Source of the DNA: Octopus sinensis
Lineage: Eukaryota
Direction: 5' to 3'
Length of the DNA stretch: 64,000 nt
Assembly: GCF_006345805.1 (NCBI RefSeq)
Contig: NC_043003.1
Span: 84,444,001 to 84,508,000, forward strand
Shown piece after piece: positions 39,060 to 52,079 of the stretch. Made by a program: the position numbers and the translations under genes. The stretch's first letter is position 1. Each line of letters opens with the position of its first letter. The notes below the pieces were generated by a model. That model ran no database searches and was not told the DNA's origin. It worked only from the letters and a program-made list of their open reading frames with translations.

Positions 39060-39091
<32 letters not shown>

Positions 39092-39389
39092 CAATGTCGA
39101 TAATAACAAATATATATATATATACACATGCAAGTATATACACACATTTACAAACAAGCACATATATACACGTATACACACATACACAAACAGGTACATA
39201 TATACATATATATATACATACACACTCACATACAAACAGGCACATATATGTATACGTATACACCCACACACACAGGCACATATATATGCATATATATAAA
39301 TATATATACACATACACACACACACACACATACAGATATACATATGTGTGTGTTTGTGTGTATGTGTGTGTGTGTGTGTGTGTGGTGCG

Positions 39390-39698
39390 TGCGTGCATAT
39401 CATAATGAAAAAATATTTTGAACGTTTCATTACCGAAACATCACTTCGTTGTTAGGTAGCAATAAAAACGGAACTCACTCTACTCCAATAAACGTAAAAT
39501 TATCTTGTAGCGAGTATAAATTACATCATCAACACTTATCTATCTTCCCTCCAGGCTGCTGCCTAATTCTAAATCAGAAATACCACCAAGATATTTCACT
39601 TTACAGATGTTCCCTGTCTGCTTCTACCTGGTTTAATTATTAACTTGTAGGGCGTGTGAGTGTGTGTGGGTGTGCGTGCGTGTATGTATGCGTTTGAC

Positions 39699-39740
<42 letters not shown>

Positions 39741-39762
39741 ATAAACTGTATGTGCGTGTGTG

Positions 39763-39818
<56 letters not shown>

Positions 39819-39867
39819 AATGTGTGTGCGCATATATATATATATGTATGTATGTATGTATATATGC

Positions 39868-39898
<31 letters not shown>

Positions 39899-40257
39899 CA
39901 CATATGTATGTATATAAGTGTGTGTGTGTTGTGTGTGTGTGCGTGCGCGTGCGTGCATATCATAATGAAAAAATATTTTGAACGTTTCATTACCGAAACA
40001 TCACTTCGTTGTTAGGTAGCAATAAAAACGGAACTCACTCTACTCCAATAAACGTAAAATTATCTTGTAGCGAGTATAAATTACATCATCAACACTTATC
40101 TATCTTCCCTCCAGGCTGCTGCCTAATTCTAAATCAGAAATACCACCAAGATATTTCACTTTACAGATGTTCCCTGTCTGCTTCTACCTGGTTTAATTAT
40201 TAACTGTAGGGCGTGTGAGTGTGTGTGGGTGTGCGTGCGTGTATGTATGCGTTTGAC

Positions 40258-40294
<37 letters not shown>

Positions 40295-40315
40295 TAAACT
40301 GTATGTGCGTGTGTG

Positions 40316-40365
<50 letters not shown>

Positions 40366-40408
40366 TGTGTGCGCATATATATATATGTATGTATGTATGT
40401 ATATATGC

Positions 40409-40441
<33 letters not shown>

Positions 40442-40458
40442 CACATATGTATGTATAT

Positions 40459-40490
<32 letters not shown>
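39390..40490 (+). repeat. tandem duplication with a 560-bp period
   Basis: The unique 250-bp core is identical in both copies except TAACTTGTAGG versus TAACTGTAGG. Only microsatellite lengths differ otherwise. Confidence 0.95.
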
Positions 40491-40492
<2 letters not shown>

Positions 40493-41192
40493 TCAAATCT
40501 TGCAACAGAACAGTTCTCGGTAAAAGTCTTTATCTATATGACATACTTAATGAATATATATTGTAGGAAAGCCAGTAGCTTAAGTGTTCATCGGGGAAAA
40601 AAATTCCCTTATAGACGTATTGCGCAAAAAGCAGTATATTTCAGAGTGAGACGAAACGAAATCGCAGTGGAAACGACTGCTTGAATGATTAAAGTGCATT
40701 TCGTCATTATTGCGGCTTGTCAACGCCACGCGCTCGTGTCATTCTCGATATTTATCATCCCGGCTAGTGTGAGACAGTAATAAATAACTGACAGGTTATG
40801 CAGAGAAACCGCAGTGCTAAACAAAATTCAAATTTTGACATCTTTATCCACCAACGCTACTCTCATTACGTCCAACATTGCCTTCGCAGATATTACCATC
40901 AGCAACACCATTAGTTTTCTCACCATCCGATACTACGGATAACCTCTTCATGATGAATCGTTCCCCGAGACAAAGGAGCAAATTCTCCCTCCAATCGAAC
41001 TTTACTGCAGTATTTCTTAAAGCTTTTTTAACAAACCATTTCTTTTACTAACACTTTCAACGCCTCCACCCCATAATTCAATAAAAATAATAAATCATAA
41101 GAAAATTGCTGCCTTCAGGTTGATCGCCATTTGAAGACTATTTATAAATGAGCCGATATAAAAGGAAATGTCAAAATGACATTTCGACTACT

Positions 41193-41409
41193 AATATTGG
41201 TTTGAAATTTTAGCACAAGACAGCAACTTCGTGGAAGGAGGAAGTCGATTACATCGACCTCAGTACTCAACTGGTTCTTTATATTATCGACCCCGAAAGG
41301 ATGAAAGGCAAAGACGACCTCGGCAGAATTTGAACTCAGAACGTAAAGACACAAATTGCCGCTAAGCGTTTTGCCCGACGTGCTAACGGTTCTGCCAGTT
41401 CGCCGCCTT
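41193..41409 (-). mobile_element. SINE family B with a 13-bp TSD
   Basis: CATTTCGACTACT at 41180-41192 and 41410-41422. Confidence 0.9.
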
Positions 41410-41559
41410 CATTTCGACTACTCATACTACCAGATGATTCGCACACAGGCTAAAATTTGAAAATATATTTGATAATAAGGGCAATCTATTTCCCCTTCGA
41501 CCCCCACCTCTGTCTCCAGAGCTCATATAAAATTTTTCCACGCTTCATCGGGAATGGTA

Positions 41560-41845
41560 TCTTTCACTTCGAGAAACACTGTTTTATTTACATTATATAC
41601 ATTTGACGGATATTTGTCCTCATCTCGGATTCCGAGTTCAATTTCAGGCAGTGACCTGAATAATAATAATAATAATAACATCGAAAAATACCTTAGGAAT
41701 GAGAACCCAGGTTTGAAATTTCCCCCAAGACACCTGATGAAGGCAGGAGAGTACATCAGCCGAAACGTGTTAACAACACACAAGACGAGGTCAAATATCC
41801 GTCAAATGTAAATAATGTAAATAATGTACATAATTCCTCATCTCT
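41560..41845 (+). mobile_element. probable Penelope-like terminal repeat with an inverted partial copy
   Basis: 41587-41624 is the reverse complement of 41784-41821 (35/38 matches). It contains CTGATGA…CGAAACGT. Confidence 0.6.
41729..41771 (+). ncRNA. minimal hammerhead ribozyme-like motif, probably inactive
   Basis: GACAC CTGATGA A GGCAG-gagagtacat-CAGCC GAA ACGT GTT. Core boxes, stem II and the ACGT palindrome are present, but there is no NUH triplet. Confidence 0.5.
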
Positions 41846-42760
41846 TAAATATAGAACTGCACTGTTTTATTGTCTACAACCCTTTACCTGTCTAAAACCT
41901 TTTCATAGTTTTGATCTAAATGTCCATTCTTGTTTTCAGAATTTTAGTTAGGTCTTGTTTCATACGTCCTGAGTAATATAAAGCTTTCCTGTCTTAAGTT
42001 CCAAGTTACTTTGGTGATTGGAAAAAATTGGGTAAGTGTAATGCGAGGACGTCGATTAAATGTGTTCAATGTATCACATGTAATACACAGGACAAGCAAA
42101 GAATTTTCAAAAAAAAAAATACTGCATTGGATAAAAAAAAATGAATAAATAAAACGGGATGGTCATGGCTGAAACGTCTTTGCTAAACACAAGCTGATCA
42201 GAAAATGGAGAGTTTCGACCTGCAAGTAAAAGCGTCTAAGTCTCCCTCAAATCACTCTCTACTGCCTTGAAAAAGAAATGCAAAGACACACAAGTTAATG
42301 TGGTCCTGGAAAAGAAAACATTATGATTATAAGTTTGTTTGAAGAGAGCAGCGGTAGTAGTAGTAGTAGGAGGAGGAGGAGGGGGAGGGGGAGGGGGAGG
42401 AGGACCGTTTACTACTGGCTGGATTACTATCACACTCTATTATCACTCGACGGTCAGTATAATCATCGCTATCCATAGAAAACGTTCACCTCTTAAGAAT
42501 ATGAAATAAACAAGCAAAATGGCTGCCGAATATTGAAAGTGAAAGTTCTCACCAAGATACACTAAGTAAACATGATCCCCGATAATGACGTCAATAAAAC
42601 TAACTTTCGCTTTCCTTCACTACTTGCTATTGTGTTGTTTTTCATTTCGCTCCTACTTTTGCTCTTTACTTTTACGTGTATTCTATATACTTTTCTCCCT
42701 CTCCCTATTTCTTTCTCTTTAAGAAAGGAGGAAGTGATAAATGGATGGATGGATGGGCAA

Positions 42761-42849
<89 letters not shown>

Positions 42850-42995
42850 AATCAATCTATCGACATCTAAGGATTTGAGACATGTTAGGACAGATAAAAT
42901 GTCTGTAGCTCGAGGAAAATCTATTGTTTGATGTCTATCAAAGCAAAGCAACGAAAATATATGTGATGTGTGTATGTGTGAGAGGAAAAGAGAAC

Positions 42996-43031
<36 letters not shown>

Positions 43032-43061
43032 ATCTTTTACAAAGACGCCTGTTAGTGAAAG

Positions 43062-43105
<44 letters not shown>

Positions 43106-45338
43106 TGTGTGTATGTATTGGGTTTTACATGCGGAAAATGATTCTATGTTTTATATCATTTATTGTGTAGATTATTACTATTTACTGATTTGTAAAGGCA
43201 CGATGCATTGGCAAGTGCAAGCTGTCAATCGATAATTATATTGGATGGCCAGACAGGCGGATGAAAAGATGGTCGGATGGATTGATGGTCCAAGAAATAG
43301 ATAGACTGATGGACGGGCGTAGGATTGACAAGTAAACGAATAGATGGACAGATGAACGGACAGTTGGGAGATATTTGACAGACGGATGGATAGATAGACG
43401 GATGGACTGATGGACAGATTGACAAGTGAGCAAATGGAGACAGGGATCGACAGACGAACAAATAGAGGGGCAGATGAAAGGACGGATAGATGGATAGAAG
43501 AATGGAGTGAGAGGATGGGAAATATCTGTCAAGGAGAGAAAAAGAATGAAGATAAAAATGAAGGAGAAAATAGAGAATGTTGCAAAGAAAAAAAAAAGGA
43601 TAAAACCATGGATACTGTATGATAAGAAAGAAGAAATTGTTGACAGAAATAGGGTAACGCAGAAGAGACAAACAAAGAACCAAAAATAGACATGGTTGTG
43701 TATTAGGAAATGAAAAGTGAGTTTTGATGGTGTAGTTTGAATGAAAATAGACATAATAGTAGTTGTGGAAGCGAGAATTTGAATGGAGAATGTGAGAATA
43801 TTATAATTAGAAGGTAGTGTGGAAGGAGAGAATATAAATGGGAACTAGGGAAAACAAAAATATAGATAGATAGATGAAGAAACTTAAGAATAAATAGATA
43901 GATAGACAAGGGGTCGGAAGGATATAAAGACAAGAAAAATGGATAATTTATCAAACAAAAAAATATAGAGTGAAAGTAAAACCCAATTAAACCTTACAAA
44001 TTACAGAAAAAAAATGTAAATTAAAAAAAGTTTTAAATATTTTTTGTTAAATTAAAGCATAGAGATTTGTTTACATCAGTAAACACGAAATCAATACCAG
44101 AAGAAAATTTTTACATCAAAACCACAACGTTTATCGTGATGCTTTTCGAAGTTAGTCACAATATATATTTGCTACAACCGATCACAAGAAATCGATTGCC
44201 ACATTGCGACTCCCCAAGCGAAATGTTATTGACCAGTTAGATTTCAAAATCTAGTAAACAGTATGTAGTATTAGATTGAAAGTTAGGTTTTATTTGATGC
44301 AAGAATGACATAAAACTAATTCAGAAGATAGCTTTATATTTTATTTTATCGATTTCTTAAAATGTGCATTGTTGTTTTGGTTGTGGGAGTGGTGGTAATT
44401 TTTTTTTGTTTTGCTTTTGTCGTGCGATTTTGAAGAGCTACAATGTTTAATACAAATCGCAGTGGAGGATTTATAGTAGAAGCAGGATCAAAACAAAATG
44501 ATCATCACAGGTTCGTATCCGGCAACAATGTCAGCGCACCTTCAAATACATTTATTAAAAAACATAATCGTTTGCTCGATTTCGCTAAGCTTGTTTTTAC
44601 TTCGCTATGCTGAACTTAAAAACTGAACACAAAGCGCGGAGGAGACGAACAGAAGAATACTGTATTGATTATACATTAGATGCGTTCCGCGTTCAAACTG
44701 AATCCAATAAATGTTATCTCATACAAACATCCAATCGGAGGGAAGAGATAGTATTGTAGCGCTCGTAAAGAAGCCAAGAAGAACATCCCTATCACAAAAT
44801 GGCGCCCAAAAGACTGACAGAAAGAGAGGAGAAAAAAAAATGTATAATGGAATTTTATACAAATGTGTTACCGATATTTTACTATAATTAAGCTTCCGTA
44901 TGTCCAGAGAACTGCTTCTGCTGCTACCACTAACACAAGTATCATCACAAAAAACACGATGCAGTTTCGTATACCACAATTGCGGGTGTTGGAGATGAAG
45001 TCCTTTGCTACTATTACTAGTTGCTATAGTTAATCCTGTATGGGGGTTAAGCATCAATGCTTATTAATTTATATATTCTGGGATCTAGAATAGATAAATT
45101 ATTATAGGTGGCGTGCTTATAAATTATTTACAATGCTTATTTTTTCTATTGGTGGCATGGCGAGCGCAGTGTATTAGAGACGGGTTTGTGACAAATTATT
45201 TCTGCAATCCCATTTTCAAATTCCATAGAACACATAACATATCACATTAACCGTATTATTTTATCATATTAGAAAAAGCATGCGCACCATAATGCATCAG
45301 GCTCTAACTGAAACTATATATACATACATACATGCATG

Positions 45339-45384
<46 letters not shown>

Positions 45385-46571
45385 TACATACATACATACA
45401 TGCATGCATACATACATACAAAGAAAACGTTGACGATGGCTTCGAAGTTTCACCGACCGGATCTTCGTCAGACTGTAGAGTATTTAGGAGAAGGGGCTTC
45501 AACCTAGTGGCTGTGGAATACATGTGGTTTATTAGCGTGTTTCATGTAGCCCATAAATAGCAACTATACCGATTGTTAAACCACACCTACTTCACACCTA
45601 CTAATCCTTTCACACAAGATGAACCAAATTATATAAAAACCTTGAAAAATCAACAAAAATTTACAATCAGAAGCCGTAGACTATGAAATTTTGAAGCTAT
45701 TGTCAACCTTCCCTTGTAAAAATAAATTTGATACTCCACTTGAATGCACTGAGTGGAGTGGTTTCCCAATAAACCCATTTTTTAATGCACAACTATACTT
45801 AAAACAAACAAGAACGAATATATATATATATATATATACATTCTGTAAATAATAATAATAATAGTATTTTATAAGCTTAAAGCTTATACGCGATCACCGC
45901 ACAATGACTAAAGAAAACCATTGCAGTGAGATATATATATATATGCATGTATGTACGTATGTGTTCCCAAGCAAATCACATACAGGTTATCAGAAGGAGC
46001 CCTTTAAGTGGTCCATTCGAGCTGCTAGAAATAGCAGCCAAATAAACTGAAATGACCGCCAACCATTTTATTACAAAAGGATCTGACAATGTAGTCAATA
46101 ATGTACAAAAGGCAAAGTTGATCTCGACAAGATTCGAGCTCAGCAAGTGAAGAGCATGAAGAAATATCGCTAAGCATTTTGTCGAATGTGCTAACGATTC
46201 TGTCAGCTCACCGCCTTCCTAAGGCCAAACAACAACAACGGTTCCATTCAATTTATACTTCATGCATGTCAATGCATGATAGTCTTCCCTCTCCATCGCT
46301 ACCAATACTGGCCAAGGGGAGGAATCGATAGAGTGTGGCACTAAAACCGCTGCAGGTATTGCTGTCAGAACGCAAAAGACCGAAAAATTGCCATAAAGAA
46401 TCTTCTCCGATGCTATAACAGTTTTGCCAATTCACCATCCTGGATAGGTATTCCATTTTTTTTTTATCGACCCAAAAGGATGAAAGTCAAAGTGAACCTT
46501 ACTGTGATTTGAACTCAGTGCGCATAGAGTCGGAAGAAATATCGTAAAGTATTCTACCCAACGCTCTAGAA

Positions 46572-46926
46572 CAGTGGTTCTCAACCCGGGTCCATGTGGC
46601 CCCTGAGAGCCCATATAAGATTTTTTGGGGGTGTCCACGTAACAAAATAGTAAATTGGGGGTCCGCAATAATATTTTAAGGGTCCTTGAAAAAACTTTAC
46701 TTTAGATGTATGTATTGATATGTGTTTCAAGAAACAGCAAGGTTTCTTTCTCAAATGTGTTACATAGTTCAACCTACACAAGTTAATGTGTGGAAAACAA
46801 AATAGGTATTTTGAAAGAATTATCTGTAAAACTAGTTTTTAAACATCGAGTGGCTATGGGGGTCCACCAGAGTAAAAACTAATCTAAGGGGTCCATAGGT
46901 AGGAAAAAAATGGTTGAGAACCCTTG
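46572..46926 (+). mobile_element. hAT (Charlie-like) MITE
   Basis: TIRs CAGTGGTTCTCAACC and GGTTGAGAACCCTTG. 8-bp TSD CTCTAGAA / CTCTAAAA. Confidence 0.9.
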
Positions 46927-46934
46927 CTCTAAAA

Positions 46935-47303
46935 CATCGGTTCTAAACCATTTTTTTTATTTATGGACCCCTGAAATTGCTATTTTATTCCACTAGACCT
47001 TCATAGCTACTCGATGTGTATGAAAAAAACCTTCTGTATTTTTATAGCTAAATATTTTTAGGAACTGTATAAAGAAATAAAATATTTTGTGAATTGTATC
47101 TTTTATCTTTTATTTGTTTCAGCCACTTGACTGCGGCAATGCTGGAGCACCGCCTTGAAGGGTTTTAGTCGAACAAATCAACCCTAGGACTTTTTAGAAG
47201 CTTAGTGCTTATTCTATTGGTATCTTTTACTGAACCACTAACTTACGTGGACGTAAATCTAAAAAAAATTGTCAAGCGGGGATGGGGGGCAAACAGACAC
47301 AAA

Positions 47304-47338
<35 letters not shown>

Positions 47339-47591
47339 GACGGGCTTCTTTCAGTTTCCGTCTACCAAATCCACTCACAAGGCTTTAGAGGGACGAAGCT
47401 ATAGTAGAAGACACTTGCCCAAGATGGCCCGCAGTAGGACTGGACAAGGAACTATGTGGTCGACGAGCAAGCTTCATACTATACAGTCACGCCTGCGCCG
47501 AAATATAAGCATTTTTATTGCGCGTAAACTTTTACTGCAAAATCTTATGTGGGCCCTTTTGGGTCATCGAGACCCTGGTCGAGAACCATCC
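46935..47591 (-). mobile_element. second related hAT MITE in the opposite orientation, interrupted by a SINE
   Basis: Ends CATCGGTTCTAAACC and GGTCGAGAACCATCC, followed by CTCTAAAA at 47592-47599. The subterminal sequence matches the first MITE inverted. Confidence 0.75.
47105..47499 (-). mobile_element. SINE family A nested in the MITE
   Basis: All family A blocks are present in reverse complement, with internal (TA)n. Confidence 0.88.
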
Positions 47592-48465
47592 CTCTAAAAC
47601 CTTTGTGAGCGAATTCGACGCCTTTAGATCACATTCTATCGTCTTAAAAAGAGAAAAAGGAAGAGCATATTGAGACGTACAGTCTTAGATAACAACGTAA
47701 AGAGGTGAAGGTTACGGTTGGAATGCCGTTGATCATAAGGTCTATTCGATCGAGTTTGACCCGCAGCTATATAATAACAGTAGGAAACTACTTTTTAATC
47801 ACTATTATTAGCAAAAACATAAAAAGGACTGTTGCCATCGTTACTTGAACATTGTCCGAAGTGAAATAATGTAAAATAAAGAAGAAAAAAAAAAAAAGAA
47901 ATGTGGGGTGGGGGAACAAAGAATGAAACAAAATAGAAAGAAAGAAAGAAAACGAGAAAAAAAAAGAAGGAAAGAAAGAAAGAACCGTCAAATAGGAAAT
48001 CGTTACGAGAATAGTTTTTGAAGTTGTCTTTAGACGATAAAAAAATAATGAAACAAAACAAAGCACAGCTACAACTGAGACTAAACTGTAGTAGTAGTAG
48101 TAGTAGTAGTAGTAGTTGCAGCAGCAGCAGCTACAGTGTCAGTAATAGTAGTTGTAAGAGGAGAGGGAAGTGGAGCAGCTGCAGTAGTGGTGGTTATGGT
48201 GGCTGTGAATGTGGCAGTGGTTGTGGTGGCAACAATAGTGTTAGTGGTAGTGTTAGTAGTAGTGGTTGTGGTGGCGGCCACAGTGGTGGTGGCGGTGGCG
48301 ATAGTGGTAGAGGTGGTGGTAATGGCAGAGGTGACAGTAGTGGTGGTCGTAGCGCCGTTGGTTTCTGAGCAGGGGGTGGTGACAGTGGTAGTGTTTGAGA
48401 TAGGTAAGTGTTTTAGACTACTTAGTTTGTAAATTGAAGATTTCAAAGCCAGATTTGTTCTGCTA

Positions 48466-48502
<37 letters not shown>

Positions 48503-49159
48503 AGATGAACAATGGACCTGGCTGAAAGGTCTCTGGGATACTTGATTACTTCTTCAAAAATCTTAAGTTCAAAGCCAGAAAGCCAGGTCTTCCGCTGCAG
48601 CAGGCAGGTTATCTCGCTGGCTGACTGGCCGACTGGCTGGTTGGTTGGCTGGTAAGTTGGTTGACTGTCTTGCTGTCTGACAAACTGAGGTGTTAGTATT
48701 TTCTACTACAGAGTTCGTGAGAACAAGATTTCAAAGCCGTTCTTTTATGAGCATTGACCTGGAACTAGCACAGGTTATTACAGTACAGTGATCATTTCGT
48801 TGTTATATAACGCTGTATATTCTTTATTTAGTTTCAGAATAAAGCGGCTTTGTTGAGACGCTGCTTCCAAGGAGTTTTAGCAGATCATAATGACCTCTTT
48901 TTCAGTCTGGTACTTATTTTATCGATCTCCATCGAAAGACCAAGTTACTGTTTGACATAAAGCAATGCAGCATTCGAAACTTCGCTAAAGACACACACAC
49001 ACATACATTTATATATATATATACGTGACGTACCTTGATAGACAGATAGGATAAGAAGGACAAGCCTTTCGAGATCAATTCAAGACAGAAGAAAACTGAA
49101 TTTTAAATCAAAGTATTCTGAACCAGAACAAAATTCGAGGAGACTTGTATTTGCATAAA

Positions 49160-49431
49160 ATATAACTTACCCACATGCATACAACGCGTTAACGCTTCAG
49201 TTCTTTTGTTCAAACTATGACTGCTTTGAGCCAAAACATTCAATTTTTCGCTCAGACAAAGGTCGCACAGCATTTTGATTTGGAGCTCCCGTTTCTTCAG
49301 ACAAGTCCTCGCGAATTTAAAATTACTCTGTCTTTTATAGACAGAGCTCAACCATACTGAATTGAGTGCTTCAAATCAAAGATGCAGTGTGACCTTTGTT
49401 TAAGCGAAAAATTAAAAATTTGACTCAAGGC
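49160..49431 (-). mobile_element. Penelope-like retroelement relic (GIY-YIG C-terminus) with an inverted partial copy
   Basis: The minus strand reads CDLCLSEKLNVLAQSSHSLNKRTEALTRCMH, matching the PLE pattern CxLCLxEK…LNKRxE….CxH. The plus strand at 49365-49431 reads QCDLCLSEKLKI. Confidence 0.8.
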
Positions 49432-49445
49432 AATATTGCACCTTC

Positions 49446-49808
49446 GTAGGTGGCTGTGTGGTAAGAAGTTTGCTTCCCAGCCATATGGTTCCAGGTACTT
49501 GCACTTTGGACAAGTACCTTCTACTATAACCTCGAGCTAATAAAAGCCTTGTGAGTGGATTTGGTAGACGGAAACTGAAAGAAGCCTGCCGTATATGTAT
49601 ATATATATTTGTGTGTGTCTTCCAATACCGCCGAACAACCGGTGCTGGTGTGTTTACGGCCCCGTAACATAGCGGCTCGGCCAAAGATACCGGTAGAATA
49701 AGTACCAGGATTTAAAAAGTAAGTTCTAGGGCTGATTCGCTTGACTGCAAATTTTCAAGGCGGTTCCCCAGCACGGCCGCAATCTAATGACTGATACAGG
49801 TGAAGGAT
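49446..49808 (+). mobile_element. SINE family A (a further 5' half lies on the minus strand at 50757-50905)
   Basis: GTGGCTGTGTGGTAAGAAG head and conserved body. Confidence 0.88.
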
Positions 49809-50720
49809 ACACACACACACTCACAAACATTATATATATATATATATACAGAGAAAGAGAGAGGGGGGCGGAAAATAAGTAAAAGGATTCCAGGCATGAC
49901 CATCGCGATTTTACCTAAAACATACTGCAGCTAAGACCACATTCTGCAATGCTATCTTGTTATCTAAGGTAACTGAGCGTGTGATTTTCAGGTGTAAAAT
50001 TCCATTACAGCATGGTGTAAATGAGCTCTGAGCTACGAAAAGTTGAAAGCCAATACTCCCAGTGAATTACAGAGGCCCTGAAAAAGCTCAAAGGTGTCGA
50101 CCCTTTACCTTTCAGACAAAAGTTAGAAAATAAAGAAGATTAAAAAATCACGTTAGCCCACCTTGGTAATATGAGCCAAGAAACGGCATTCAAATGTTCT
50201 ATCACTTTATACGCTTCGCTTCGCCTAAATTAACAAGCACCAGTTGAGATAAATGACTATTGCTAAACTGATTGTACTAGTCTGATAAACTAAAAATGGT
50301 AACAGAAATGATCTAATATCGAAATCTAATGCACAAAAAATTTAGATTATAGAAACATCTGGTTTTTATTTCCATGCTCATACAATACTGAAATGAAACA
50401 TTAAGATTATATCAATTCTATTTAATGGGTCTTGAAGTCAACGAAAGACACAAAGCGGCAAAAAGAAAGTTGTATAGAACTGTTTGTAACGAAATCACCA
50501 CTACGGTAACTACAGCAATATCAAACAGTTGTACTTCAGGGTTAACGTCGATATGATAATAAACTAATGAACTTGGGGTATATAGTGATTTCCAACGTAT
50601 ACGAAGGCTGTGTACAGGCAGTAAAAACGACCCTGGCTCTCAATGTGTGCGTGCATGAGTAATATATGTATATATATATATAATATATATATATATATAC
50701 AGATATATAGTCTGTGTGGT

Positions 50721-50759
<39 letters not shown>

Positions 50760-51289
50760 GACGAGCTTCTTTCCACTTTCCGTTTACCAAATCCATTCAC
50801 AAGGCCTCGGCCCGAGGTTATTGCAGAAGACACTTAGTGAAGGTGCCACGTAGTGGGAATGAACCCAGGACCATGTGGTTGGGAAGCAAGCTTCTAACCA
50901 CACAGCGACAAACATACGTAAATATATACAATACATGCAAATATATATAAACTCTCGTACATACAATACATATATATATAAAACGTGTGTTTGTTGTATG
51001 TATGATTGCATACATACATACATACATACATACATACATACATACATACATACATACATACATACATACATACATACATACATACATGCAGGCATGCATG
51101 TATGTATGTATGTATGTATGTATGTATGTATATATACGCTCTTGTACATACAATACATATATATATATATAAAACGTGTGTCTGTTGTATTTATGAGTGT
51201 ATATATATATATATATATATCTACAAGAGTAAGCACGTTAATGCGAAACAAGGGGGGAAAACTAGTACTCGAATTGGCAGAGTAATGCG

Positions 51290-51805
51290 CTTTATTAAAA
51301 AGCAGCAAAAATATCACAAAAAAAAACAATTACTCAGAGTTTCACGTTCCCGTTCGTCGGACAGTTTTGTTTTGAATGGAACAAAAATAAGGTTATAAGC
51401 AAACATACAATTAGTTTAACGGATACACATTTGAAAATGGTTTTGTGTCATTGGTCCTTTCAACTAACGGTATTAATTGATTAATATTTTACAAATAATA
51501 ATTTACCCTGGGTATTTAGACTCTGCCCTTTATAAGCTATTTTTGATTTAAGGTTTTCTTTGATTTTATAATAAGGTGATTTTATACCGAATTTTGTTCA
51601 TTGCATGTAACCGGTCATTGTAAAGACCGTTAGTTGAAAGGACCAATGAAACAAAATCATTTTCAAATGTGTATCCATTAAACTAATTGTATATGTTTGC
51701 TTTTAATCTTATTTTTGTTCCATTCTAAACAAAACTGTCCGACGAACGGGAACGTGAAACTCCGAGTAACAGTTTTTGTGATATTTTTGCTGCTTTTCAA
51801 TAAAG
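51290..51805. mobile_element. fold-back or MITE-like element with about 180-bp inverted arms
   Basis: 51290-51471 pairs with 51626-51805 with scattered mismatches; the spacer is 154 bp. No clear TSD. Confidence 0.8.
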
Positions 51806-52034
51806 TATATATATATATATATAAATATGATGCAAACAGGAAAAATAGAACTCAAACTATGAGCATATCTATATTTTTATCAATATTTAGCAGAAGCAAC
51901 AGTGTGACTTAAGGGTCGAGAGTTGGCAGGTAACAAATTTACCAAAGTTTTAAAAGAGCCAACGCACAAAACTCTAGGCCCTTAAATTACTATATTGCTT
52001 CTGCTAAAGATTGATAAATATATTGTTTCACCAG

Positions 52035-52079
52035 GAATGTGAGGATGCCATAAGACGATGCATAATCACACAGTTCTGA
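52035..52079 (+). CDS. candidate terminal exon ECEDAIRRCIITQF*
   Basis: Acceptor atattgtttcaccag. Phase 0 is the longest frame. Unlinked to other exons. Confidence 0.15.
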   Translation, partial: ECEDAIRRCIITQF

